Assembly (NCBI GenBank): GCA_015063485.1
Contig: SVUA01000007.1
Coordinates: 4,980 to 68,979, forward strand
Length of the DNA stretch: 64,000 nucleotides
Reading direction: 5' to 3'
Source: Oscillospiraceae bacterium
GTDB lineage: Bacteria; Bacillota; Clostridia; Oscillospirales; CAG-272
Shown: piece by piece, positions 1 to 8,734 of the stretch
Layout of the letters: each line of letters opens with the position of its first letter
Numbering within the stretch: the first letter of the stretch is position 1
Notes under the pieces: generated by a model
The model's database searches: none
Seen by the model: only the letters and a program-made list of their open reading frames with translations
What the model was told of the DNA's origin: nothing
Made by a program: the position numbers and the translations under genes

Positions 1-381
1 GATATCCTCCGAGTCGATAGATATCCTCGGAAGCAGATCCTTGCCGCCAAGAATATCCTGTAAAAATAGAGAAACGAGCTTACCGCTCTGTTTTGCTTCG
101 CCGAAAAAGTCGGGCATAAATGAAAATGAATAAAACACCGTGTTAGGCGCTGTCTCGATATGATGCACTGTCCCTGGGGGGATTATGAACATATCGCTTT
201 GATGCAACCTTGAAGATTTGTTCCCTAAATAATGGCAAAGACTGCCTTTCGCAATGTAATATATCTGAAAATACTCGTGCGTGTGAGGCTTTTTTGCCTC
301 TCTCGTTTCCTCGACCTTTTGAATATGATAATTTTCCGCCGCGTTGTTGTAATATGAAAGCACAAATTTTTTTATATCCAT
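1..381 (-). CDS. AraC-family transcriptional regulator, N-terminal cupin domain (partial, runs off window)
   Basis: Not in the ORF track; hand translation from ATG 381 gives MDIKKFVLSY...PHTHEYFQIYYIAKG...DMFIIPPGTVHH, open to base 1; GAGGTG RBS; divergent from the 512 operon. Confidence 0.8.
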   Translation of the reverse strand, partial: MDIKKFVLSYYNNAAENYHIQKVEETREAKKPHTHEYFQIYYIAKGSLCHYLGNKSSRLHQSDMFIIPPGTVHHIETAPNTVFYSFSFMPDFFGEAKQSGKLVSLFLQDILGGKDLLPRISIDSEDI

Positions 382-421
382 ATCGTCATCACCTCAACTA
401 AATTCTATCACAAATATCACA

Positions 422-479
422 AAAATGCAATATTAAAAACACAAAATGCAATATTCTTGCAAAATGCACGTGTTATAAT
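422..479 (+). promoter_or_regulatory. Activator-dependent promoter with tandem AraC-type direct repeats
   Basis: AAAATGCAATATT at 422-434 and 443-455 (21-bp period); extended -10 TGnTATAAT at 471-479; no good -35. Confidence 0.6.
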
Positions 480-511
480 TTAATAAAAAAGATAAAAAAG
501 GTGATACGATT

Positions 512-1825
512 ATGAAAATTGTTGCGTTAAACGGACTTTTAGGCTACGGTTACAGCGAAGAGGCTTTGAATATAGCCTTTTCGGAAAAGGTTGATTATCT
601 TGGCGTTGATGCGGGTTCGACCGATCCAGGTCCTTATTATCTCGGAAGCGGAAAGTCGTTTACCGACAGAAGCGCTGTAAAAAGAGACCTTTCTCTTGCG
701 CTTCCGAAGGCTCTTGAGCATAAAGCTCCGTTTATAATAGGTACTGCGGGCGGTGCGGGAAGTGTGGCACACGTTGCGTGGGTAAAGGAAATAATTCTTG
801 AGGTCGCAAAGGAACAAGGGCTTCATTTTAAAATGGGAATAGTTCACAGCGACGTTTCGACTGAGTATGTTCTTGAAAAATACGATAGTGGAAAGCTTAT
901 CAATATGAGCGAGGAATTTCCCATAAGTAAACAAAATATCGAGGATAGCTCAAGAATAGTCAGCCAGATAGGCATAGCTCCTATAATAGAGCTTCTCAAG
1001 CAGAAAGTTGACGTTATCCTTTGCGGAAGAGCTTGCGATACGGCAATATACGCAGCTCCTTGCGTTTTTGAAGGATATCCCGCGGGACTTGCTTTTCATA
1101 TGGCAAAGATAATGGAGTGCGGCGCTATGTGCTCCGAGCCCGTTGCGGCGGCTGACGTAATGCAAGGCTATATGTACGAGGACCACTTTGAGCTTTGCCC
1201 AGCGAATCCGATAAGAAAGTGTACCGTTGACAGAGTGGCAGCTCATACTCTCTATGAGCAGTCGAATCCCTATCTTATCTTCGAGCCCGACGGTGTGTGC
1301 GATCTGACAAATTCAAAATTTGCGCAGAAGGACGAACGTACTGTCAGCGTTTCGGGGTCGGAATTTATTGAAGCCGAGCAAAAAACTCTCAAGCTTGAGG
1401 GAGTTAAATGCGCAGGATTCAGAACCATTTGCCCCGCTACCGTTTACGATAGCGAGACGGTCAAAAACATGGATAAGATCATAAACACCGTTACGAATTT
1501 TATAAAAGAGACTACCAAAAACACACTTCCCGAAAACAGCTATACGATAAGCTTTAAATTGAGCGGCGGAGCGGAAAGCTCGCTCGGCATTATCATGGAC
1601 ATCGTCGGAAGGACACAGGAGATAGCCGATACAGTCTGCGCGCTTGCGAGAAGCCGAATGCTCCATTGCGACTATGAGGGCAGAAAATCCACGGCTGGAA
1701 ATCTTGCTTTTCCGTTCTCACCGTCAGATATTCATGTGGGTGCTGTCTACGAATTTTCTGTTTTCCATCTCGCAAAGGTAGACTCTTTGCTTGAAACTTC
1801 AAAAATAACCGTTGAGGAGGTATGA
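512..1825 (+). CDS. Acyclic terpene utilization AtuA (DUF1446) family protein
   Basis: GLLGYG, DAGSTDPGPYYLG, GTAGGAG, GRACD, AKIMECG, HTLYE motifs. Confidence 0.85.
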   Translation: MKIVALNGLLGYGYSEEALNIAFSEKVDYLGVDAGSTDPGPYYLGSGKSFTDRSAVKRDLSLALPKALEHKAPFIIGTAGGAGSVAHVAWVKEIILEVAKEQGLHFKMGIVHSDVSTEYVLEKYDSGKLINMSEEFPISKQNIEDSSRIVSQIGIAPIIELLKQKVDVILCGRACDTAIYAAPCVFEGYPAGLAFHMAKIMECGAMCSEPVAAADVMQGYMYEDHFELCPANPIRKCTVDRVAAHTLYEQSNPYLIFEPDGVCDLTNSKFAQKDERTVSVSGSEFIEAEQKTLKLEGVKCAGFRTICPATVYDSETVKNMDKIINTVTNFIKETTKNTLPENSYTISFKLSGGAESSLGIIMDIVGRTQEIADTVCALARSRMLHCDYEGRKSTAGNLAFPFSPSDIHVGAVYEFSVFHLAKVDSLLETSKITVEEV

Positions 1826-1826
1826 C

Positions 1827-2126
1827 ATGAAAAAGCTTATCGATTACACAAAGATACTCAGAAGTAAAAACGCGGGACCGCTTTTTATTACGTTTGACCT
1901 TATCTTCAACACAAGAGAGGATATGGGGTACGTGTCAGCGCGGCTTACAAAAGATGATATATCAAAGGCTTACGACGTATCGGTTGAGAAAATAGATATC
2001 ATTCCTTACGCCGTGGTAAACTCGATAAAAATAACCTTTCCAAGAAAAAATATAAGTGGCAGTCTTGAGGACAACGACATTTACGGCTGTCAGCAGCACG
2101 TTCCGCTTGCCAATATTTTAATATGA
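1827..2126 (+). CDS. DUF4387 domain protein
   Basis: RSKNAGP.FITFD and DIYGCQQHVPL motifs; GAGGAGG RBS; usual AtuA partner. Confidence 0.85.
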   Translation: MKKLIDYTKILRSKNAGPLFITFDLIFNTREDMGYVSARLTKDDISKAYDVSVEKIDIIPYAVVNSIKITFPRKNISGSLEDNDIYGCQQHVPLANILI

Positions 2127-2147
2127 CTTATTGAAAGGAATATTGTT

Positions 2148-3440
2148 ATGAAATATACCATATGCACTGTCGGAGATTCGATACATACAAGTCCGATGCC
2201 CCAAAATTATGATAATTCGGACATTAAAAACGTTTTGAGTAAGGCTGACGTAAGGCTTTTCAATCTTGAGTGTGTCCTCTCGGACGCCCCCGCTTTTGGC
2301 TCAAGCTTTTGCGGAGGAACGTGGATTACGGCAAAGAAAGAGACGCTCGACGATCTCCTTGACTTCGGATTTAACGGTTGCTCATTTGCTAATAATCACA
2401 CTATGGATTATTCCTACGACGGACTTTTCTCTACTCTTAAAATAGTAAAGGAAAAGGGGCTTCCTATAAGCGGTGCGGGAAAGGATCTTGAGGAGGCTTC
2501 GGACTACGCTTTGATCGATACTCCAAACGGTAAGTGCGCCCTTATCTCTATATGCTCGACCTTTAATGATGCGGCAAGAGCGGGAAATGCTTCAAGCACC
2601 GTAGCGGGCAGACCCGGACTCAATCCGCTTCGCTTTTCTACCGTATACGATATCACGCCTGAGCATATGAGATCGCTCAAAGAGATATCCGAAGGTACGC
2701 AGATAGACGGCAGACGTAACCTTTCAAGAGCAGGTGGATATACACCGCAAGTTCCCGACGGAATGTTCGGATTCGGAGACTATCTTTTCCGTGAAAGCAA
2801 TACCGAGGGCAAGGTCTCGTATCCAAATGAGCAGGACACTCAAAGAACAGTTGACACCATCAAAAAGGCTTTGCTTGAATGTGATTATGTCGTTGTGAAT
2901 ATACACTCTCATGAAATAAAGGGATCTACCGACGACGAGCCCGATGACTTTATGGTAGAGTTTGCTCACAAGTGCGTTGATGCTGGAGCATCTCTCATTA
3001 TCGGAACAGGAACACACCAGCTAAAGCCTATTGAAATATACAAGGGCAAGCCTATCTTTTACAGTGTCGGAAACTTTATATTTCAGCCCGATACGGAGTT
3101 ATTCTGTATGCCTGCCGACCTCGGCGAGAAGTATGGCTATCCCGCAGATGCCACACCGAGAGAATGGATGGATATAAGAAGTGATTACGGTAAGCGCGGA
3201 CTTCACTGCGACCCCGTAAACTCGCGTTCGCTCATGCCCTTTATCACCTATGAGGACAAGAATGTCACCGAGATAAAATGCTATCTGCTCAAGCTTGACA
3301 TGAAGACCTTTGTTCCCAATATCGCGGACCGCGAGGAGCAAAAAATAATATTCGATTATTTGTGCGACAGATGCAAGGAGCAGAACACACAGCTTGAGCT
3401 TTTCGACGGATATATTATTATCACCGAAAAGAAGTCCTGA
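2148..3440 (+). CDS. CapA-family (metallophosphoesterase-fold) protein, cytoplasmic
   Basis: VGD, NLE, ANNHTMDY, HSHE, GTHQ, YSVGNF motifs; no signal peptide. Confidence 0.85.
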   Translation: MKYTICTVGDSIHTSPMPQNYDNSDIKNVLSKADVRLFNLECVLSDAPAFGSSFCGGTWITAKKETLDDLLDFGFNGCSFANNHTMDYSYDGLFSTLKIVKEKGLPISGAGKDLEEASDYALIDTPNGKCALISICSTFNDAARAGNASSTVAGRPGLNPLRFSTVYDITPEHMRSLKEISEGTQIDGRRNLSRAGGYTPQVPDGMFGFGDYLFRESNTEGKVSYPNEQDTQRTVDTIKKALLECDYVVVNIHSHEIKGSTDDEPDDFMVEFAHKCVDAGASLIIGTGTHQLKPIEIYKGKPIFYSVGNFIFQPDTELFCMPADLGEKYGYPADATPREWMDIRSDYGKRGLHCDPVNSRSLMPFITYEDKNVTEIKCYLLKLDMKTFVPNIADREEQKIIFDYLCDRCKEQNTQLELFDGYIIITEKKS

Positions 3441-3462
3441 ATATATGAGGTAGAGCAAAGCT

Positions 3463-4380
3463 ATGATAAAAACAGAAATTTACGAACAGGCTTTATTTGA
3501 AACGATAAAGCGCGGCGCGACAGAGATATCGCCCGATGTTAAGAACGCTTTTCTTAAAGCGATAGAAAAAGAAAGCAATTCTGACGCAAAGCGCGGACTT
3601 GAGGCAACGCTTAAAAGCATGGATATGTCCGCTGTAAGAGAGAATCCTCTTTGCGTTGATACGGGTTGGCCTATATTCTATTTCAAAGTTGGAAATCAAT
3701 GTGAACTTGAGGGAGGCTTTGTAGAGCTTGAAAACGCGGTTCGCAGAGCTGTCGCGAGAGCGACCGAGCTTGGCTATCTCCGCGCAACCATGAAGCATCC
3801 GCTGACAGGCTTTGACCCCGGAAATAACATAGGAATGAACATTCCCGATTTTACCTACAAATTCGTTGATGGCGATTCTATTGAGATGTCCTACGCCGCA
3901 AAGGGCGGCGGAAGCGAGTGCTTCGGTGGAACGAGACATAGGATAGTTGCTTTTGCGGACGGTATAAAGGGGATTGAAAAATTCGTTATAGACAGCTTTG
4001 TAGCGTCGGCACGCGCGGGAGCTGTTTGTCCTCCGTCCGTTCTCGGTATCGGTATCGGAGGCACTGCAAACGTCGCGGCAAATCTCGCAAAGGAGGCGGC
4101 GTGTCTGCGAACCGTCGGCTCAAAGCACCCCGACCCAATGTTTGCGAAGATAGAAGAGGATCTTTATAAGGCTTTAAATAGTCTTGGCGTTGGAATATTG
4201 GGAGCAGGCGGAGACACGTCTGTGCTTGCGGTCAACGTAGAGTACGCATATACGCATATTGCGGGAATCGCATGCGCTACGAGTACTAACTGTATGGTTG
4301 CGCGCCGCGCGTCAACGAGGATAGACGCAAACGGAACAGTTACAAAAATGGTAAGCCCGAATTGGTTTGGCGACAGATAG
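3463..4380 (+). CDS. Fe-S hydro-lyase alpha subunit (class I fumarase / tartrate dehydratase family)
   Basis: PLCVDTG, KGGGSE, CPP, GIGIGG, C-terminal C...RR. Confidence 0.85.
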   Translation: MIKTEIYEQALFETIKRGATEISPDVKNAFLKAIEKESNSDAKRGLEATLKSMDMSAVRENPLCVDTGWPIFYFKVGNQCELEGGFVELENAVRRAVARATELGYLRATMKHPLTGFDPGNNIGMNIPDFTYKFVDGDSIEMSYAAKGGGSECFGGTRHRIVAFADGIKGIEKFVIDSFVASARAGAVCPPSVLGIGIGGTANVAANLAKEAACLRTVGSKHPDPMFAKIEEDLYKALNSLGVGILGAGGDTSVLAVNVEYAYTHIAGIACATSTNCMVARRASTRIDANGTVTKMVSPNWFGDR

Positions 4381-4391
4381 GAGGAATTTTT

Positions 4392-5015
4392 ATGGCAGAA
4401 TATCATTTGAAAGCGCCTCTTACCGATGAGGATATAACAAAGCTCAAGATCGGAGATACCGTATATATAAGCGGCGAATGCTTTACTTGCCGCTCAAGAC
4501 TTCAGAAATACATTTTCGACGAAAAGAACGTTTTACCCTTTGATACGAAAGACAGAAACGTTTTGATACATAACGGGCCTATCGTTATCAAAGAAAACGG
4601 AAAGTGGAAGCTCGTTTCATTTATGCCCACGTCAAGCATACGCTTTGAAAAGTGGGGAGCTAAAAGCGTTTCCGAGTGGGGTCTTAAAATGATAGTCGGT
4701 AAGACGACTATGGGGGCACAGACCGCTAAAATGATGAAGGAGAAAAAGTGCGTGCACGTATCTCCGCGAAGCGTAAGCCCTAACCTTTGGATAGACTCGA
4801 TCGACGTCGAGGACGTTTATCTTTTTGACGAGCTTGGCAGTATTGAGGCAGCATGGTTCTTTAAGCTTCACGACCTTGGACCTTTTATCGTCGACATAGA
4901 CTGTAACGGAAATAACTTTTTTGATAAGCTTGACGGCGAGATAGCACAAAGAAAGAGAAACGCCCTCAATGAGCTCGGTATAGACGAGAGCTTTGAGTTT
5001 ACAAAGCTATATTGA
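4392..5015 (+). CDS. Fe-S hydro-lyase beta subunit (FumA C-terminal / TtdB family)
   Basis: LKIGDTVYISG, HNGP, PTSSIR, VGK, GPFIVDIDCNGN; GAGGA RBS. Confidence 0.85.
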   Translation: MAEYHLKAPLTDEDITKLKIGDTVYISGECFTCRSRLQKYIFDEKNVLPFDTKDRNVLIHNGPIVIKENGKWKLVSFMPTSSIRFEKWGAKSVSEWGLKMIVGKTTMGAQTAKMMKEKKCVHVSPRSVSPNLWIDSIDVEDVYLFDELGSIEAAWFFKLHDLGPFIVDIDCNGNNFFDKLDGEIAQRKRNALNELGIDESFEFTKLY

Positions 5016-5126
5016 GTAGAAGAATAACAGACACCACTTGGCGTACCTGCGATAAGATAAGCTCCGATAACGAAGTAAAGAAAAAATCGTACGAACTTAC
5101 CTTCCGAAAGAATGTCAAAATAACGC

Positions 5127-5166
5127 AAAGAGGCTGTCACAAATGCAAATTTGTGACAGCCTCTTT
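5127..5166. terminator. Bidirectional intrinsic terminator
   Basis: AAAGAGGCTGTCACAAAT-GCAA-ATTTGTGACAGCCTCTTT between convergent operons. Confidence 0.75.
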
Positions 5167-5248
5167 ATATGGGATAGACAGATTTGAGCAAGAAGCGTCC
5201 GTTTAGAAGGCGTGAGGCGTACACAAGTAAGTCGAGCCTCCTAAACGT

Positions 5249-6034
5249 TTAAGCTATATCCTTTTTGATATATTTCCAATACGCCGCGGTGATTCCTACT
5301 GCGGCAATTACTATTCCCACAGCAAGATATTTTTTCTCCAATGATTTTTCGGGAATTATATACGCTCCGTCGGCATATCCGAAAGGAGTAATATATTTGA
5401 GAAATTTCAAGTCCTCCGTAAGATTTGCAAGTATGTTGATAAAATACGTACCAAACGCAAAGCCAAGACCCGCGCCAAGCGCGCCGCCGCGCAAAAACGC
5501 AGATATTCCAAAGCTTACTGCCATTATCTCAAGCTGAAGCAAAAGATATGCGAGAAAGACGAGCGCAAGTGTTCCCATCTCTGCTTCCACATCAATGACA
5601 AGCATACACACGCAGCTGACCGCAATAACCGCCGCATTAAGCAAAAGCACCTGAACGACCGAAGCCAAAAGCTTTTCGGTTATTATTCTCGCGCGGGAGA
5701 GCGGGTGAGTAAGCAAAAATTCCGCCGTATGCTCCTTTTCCTCTTTTGCGAGAGCATTCGCGCCGACTATTGCGGCGAATATCGCTCCTCCAAGTCCCAA
5801 CACATTTCCGCACTCCACTCCGAAATATCCCATAAATTCACCGAAATTGAGCTTATCCATTCCAAACGCGCTTGAAAACGCTCCCATATCGGAAAACATC
5901 GCGCTTATATCTCCAATCTGAGTTGACATCTCGGGATAGATAATAATACACACGCCAAGCATAAAGGAAATTGCCGCGCTCCATATTATAAGAGCTATTT
6001 TGTTTTGCCGAAGTTCATGAAGAAGAACGGTCAT
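5249..6034 (-). CDS. ABC-2 type transporter permease
   Basis: Six hydrophobic segments; EEKEHTAEFLLTHPLSR motif. Confidence 0.85.
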   Translation of the reverse strand: MTVLLHELRQNKIALIIWSAAISFMLGVCIIIYPEMSTQIGDISAMFSDMGAFSSAFGMDKLNFGEFMGYFGVECGNVLGLGGAIFAAIVGANALAKEEKEHTAEFLLTHPLSRARIITEKLLASVVQVLLLNAAVIAVSCVCMLVIDVEAEMGTLALVFLAYLLLQLEIMAVSFGISAFLRGGALGAGLGFAFGTYFINILANLTEDLKFLKYITPFGYADGAYIIPEKSLEKKYLAVGIVIAAVGITAAYWKYIKKDIA

Positions 6035-6035
6035 A

Positions 6036-6911
6036 TCAGTTTTCCTCCTTTGAGTAGTAATGCATAAATACCTCGTCAAGCTCGGGGTCACAGATGCTTA
6101 TATCCTCAAAATCAAGATCAGCGAGCTTTTTTGTAAGCTCCGTTGCTTTTCCGCTGTAAAGAAAATGAACAGTATCGTTTTCAAACCTCATATCCTTTGC
6201 GTCGCTTATATCGGGAATACACTTAACACCTCGTAAAGTGACCTTTTTTACACCCGTGTGACCAAGCTTTTCGACACTGTCGGAAACGAGAATACGCCCC
6301 TCTCTTATAACGGCGGCGCTCTTGCAGTAGCGTCCTATTTCGGAAAGAACGTGAGAAGAAAGGAACACCGTCGCGCCCTCGTCGTTACGCTCCTTAAGTA
6401 TTGTGTAAAACTCTTTTTGCATGAGAGGGTCAAGACCGCTCGTCGGCTCGTCGAGAATATAAAGCTTTGGCTTATGCTGAAGCGCGCAGACGATCCCAAC
6501 CTTTTTGCGATTTCCCAAAGATAGACTTTCTATCTTTTTCGCGGTATCAAGCTCAAGTCTCTCGCACAAACGCTTTGCCTCTTCCCTACAATCCTTATCT
6601 CTCATTTTTGCCGAAAGCTCAAGTATATCGCAGACCTTCATTCCGCTATAAAAGGCGGCTTCCGAGGGAAGATACCCGACCTCGCGCAGAATTTGCGTTT
6701 TTTCCTTGGTTATATCCTTGCCGAACACGTACGCCTCTCCTTTGCTTTTGGAGATAAGCCCCAAAAGAGTGCGTATAAGCGTACTTTTTCCCGCTCCGTT
6801 AGGACCTATAAATCCGAAAAAGTCCCCCTCATTTACCGATAGCGTCACGTCGACTATTCCGCGTGAACTGCCATAAAATTTCGTTAGATCTTTGGTTTCT
6901 ATTACGTTCAT
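6036..6911 (-). CDS. ABC transporter ATP-binding protein
   Basis: GPNGAGKST, LSLGN, ILDEPTSGLDP, SSH. Confidence 0.95.
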   Translation of the reverse strand: MNVIETKDLTKFYGSSRGIVDVTLSVNEGDFFGFIGPNGAGKSTLIRTLLGLISKSKGEAYVFGKDITKEKTQILREVGYLPSEAAFYSGMKVCDILELSAKMRDKDCREEAKRLCERLELDTAKKIESLSLGNRKKVGIVCALQHKPKLYILDEPTSGLDPLMQKEFYTILKERNDEGATVFLSSHVLSEIGRYCKSAAVIREGRILVSDSVEKLGHTGVKKVTLRGVKCIPDISDAKDMRFENDTVHFLYSGKATELTKKLADLDFEDISICDPELDEVFMHYYSKEEN

Positions 6912-6921
6912 ACGCTGCCCC

Positions 6922-8025
6922 TTATTTCGATATTTCAGAGGATATCCTGTCGTATATCTCCTTGACCGTCTGCTCGTCGTCAGCACCTACTACGATAATT
7001 TTTTCGTTAGCTGTGATAACGACACAAGGCGCATCACCCGTATAGGTATATCTCATATATGTGCCGAATTCGGAGTTTTGAAAGCTTCCAACCAACAGTC
7101 TTGCAGAGCCGAAGCCAACAACTCTTTGACCGTCAACTCCGTTTCCTCTGTATTCTATACTGTCGATATCGTCGTAATCAAGCGTCAGATCTTCCCAAAA
7201 ACTTGCCTTTACGTAAAGGAAGGTATCGTTAAGCGTCGGTTCTATCTTACCCGTGAACATTACGATAAACAAAATTATTGCTACAATAATCGATATTATA
7301 ACGGTAACTATGATCGTAAGCCTTTTATTTCCAAACATGCTTACATATTCGTTTTTGTAATCCTCTTTCGTTGCTTTGCCATCGGCAAGCTGCTTTTTGT
7401 AAAACCTATATGAGTATATGACAGGCAACACTACGCAAAGCAATATTATAGCTATCAAAACGAATGGCAAAGCAACCGTCGGAAGCGGGATAGCAAGCAA
7501 AGACAGAATACCTACGATAACGTAGATCTTTCCCGCAAAGCGATGTGTCGCGTTCCAGTTTTCATCATTTGCAAGTGTCCATTTTATTTTTATACCCATA
7601 GTGCGATTTCTTACCGTCTTTGGCATATAATTTCCAATAAATATAAAGGCAACAGCAAGTATGATATAGACGAACGCAGAGACGTTTGCAGTATATCCAA
7701 GCGCACTCGAAAACATAAGTCCGCACGCCGTCAAGGATATAAAAGGAATTATCCAAAACGTAATGTTCATTATCTTCTTGTTTTGCTCCGCGTTCTTATC
7801 GATAAGCATAGAAAGGACCATGCATATCCAATGAACCGCTAACATTATGAGCGGAAGAATAGTGAAAATGGCAGAAGGGCTCATAAAACCGTCGGCTTTA
7901 CCGTTAAAGCCCCAGTGTACCGCTATCTCCTCTGGTAATATTTTGCCTCCAAAAAATCCTAATATCATAGGAAGCAATATTACAATTGACGATATTATAA
8001 GCTTCCATTTATTTTTTCTGATCAT
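6922..8025 (-). CDS. SdpI-family immunity membrane protein (DUF1648-SdpI) with extra C-terminal domain
   Basis: IAVHWGFNGKADG, GNYMPK..RN..MGIK..WTL...ENW..THR motifs. Confidence 0.85.
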   Translation of the reverse strand: MIRKNKWKLIISSIVILLPMILGFFGGKILPEEIAVHWGFNGKADGFMSPSAIFTILPLIMLAVHWICMVLSMLIDKNAEQNKKIMNITFWIIPFISLTACGLMFSSALGYTANVSAFVYIILAVAFIFIGNYMPKTVRNRTMGIKIKWTLANDENWNATHRFAGKIYVIVGILSLLAIPLPTVALPFVLIAIILLCVVLPVIYSYRFYKKQLADGKATKEDYKNEYVSMFGNKRLTIIVTVIISIIVAIILFIVMFTGKIEPTLNDTFLYVKASFWEDLTLDYDDIDSIEYRGNGVDGQRVVGFGSARLLVGSFQNSEFGTYMRYTYTGDAPCVVITANEKIIVVGADDEQTVKEIYDRISSEISK

Positions 8026-8293
8026 TTCCCTCTTCTCCTTTCAGGTCGGCTATCCAAAGCATTATTTCTTCAAGAACCGATGCGTTCAGCTCATAATAGA
8101 TGTATTTACCCTCTCGCTTGTCGCGTATAAGGTCGGCTTCCTTTAAAACGGATAGATGTCTTGATATCGACGCGCCTGTTACCTCAAAACGATCGACTAT
8201 ATCCCCCGCAGACATTCTTCCGTTTTTCAACAGATTCAGTATTTCTCTGCGGATAGGATCGGATAGGGCTTTCATAGTATTTTGAAGTCCCAT
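8009..8293 (-). CDS. ArsR-family autorepressor, SdpR-like
   Basis: KALSDPIRREILNLLK...SISRHLSVLKEADLI...REGKYIYYELN. Confidence 0.9.
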   Translation of the reverse strand: MGLQNTMKALSDPIRREILNLLKNGRMSAGDIVDRFEVTGASISRHLSVLKEADLIRDKREGKYIYYELNASVLEEIMLWIADLKGEEGNDQKK

Positions 8294-8313
8294 TTTTTAC
8301 TCTCTTTCATTTA

Positions 8314-8366
8314 ACATTTAACCTAATTGTTAAATGTATTATAACATACCTTTAGGCTATTGTCAA
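8314..8366 (-). promoter_or_regulatory. sigmaA promoter with ArsR/SdpR operator palindrome
   Basis: TTGACA (8361-8366)-17-TATAAT (8338-8343); ACATTTAAC-N6-GTTAAATGT at 8314-8337. Confidence 0.75.
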
Positions 8367-8426
8367 GTGGTTTTAAACATTTTTTTGATAACTAAAAAAT
8401 GCTCAAAGGAAAGTAAATTTTGATTT

Positions 8427-8500
8427 CGCGAGTTGCTTTTTAACTTGCAATTAAAAGACAACGCGAGTTGCTTTTTAACTTGCAGTTAAAAGGCAACTCG
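8427..8500. repeat. Tandem duplication of a 35-bp self-complementary unit
   Basis: CGCGAGTTGCTTTTTAACTTGCARTTAAAAGRCAA at 8427-8461 and 8462-8496. Confidence 0.85.
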
Positions 8501-8734
8501 GTCAACAAAGCGATTCGCGGTTGCGTCCCGCGAATTTGCGAATAACAAGTAACTCGGTCCAAACACGCTTTGTTGCGTCTTCTGCTCATTACTTATTCTC
8601 TCCGATAACCCGCAATTTATTTTAATTTCGTTTCTTTCACACAACATTTTTTATTTTGCAATAATTTAACTATTGACAAGCCCGTTTACATTATTTATAA
8701 TATGAATCAATAATACTTTTTGGAGAAAAACTTT

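Noticed and set aside
210-401. 63-aa plus-strand ORF
   Set aside because: Lies opposite the real AraC gene on the minus strand
2148-3440. Poly-gamma-glutamate capsule locus
   Set aside because: No capB/capC and no membrane anchor; the context is catabolic
8427-8500. CRISPR array (35-bp palindromic repeats)
   Set aside because: Only two units, directly abutting, with no spacers and no cas genes
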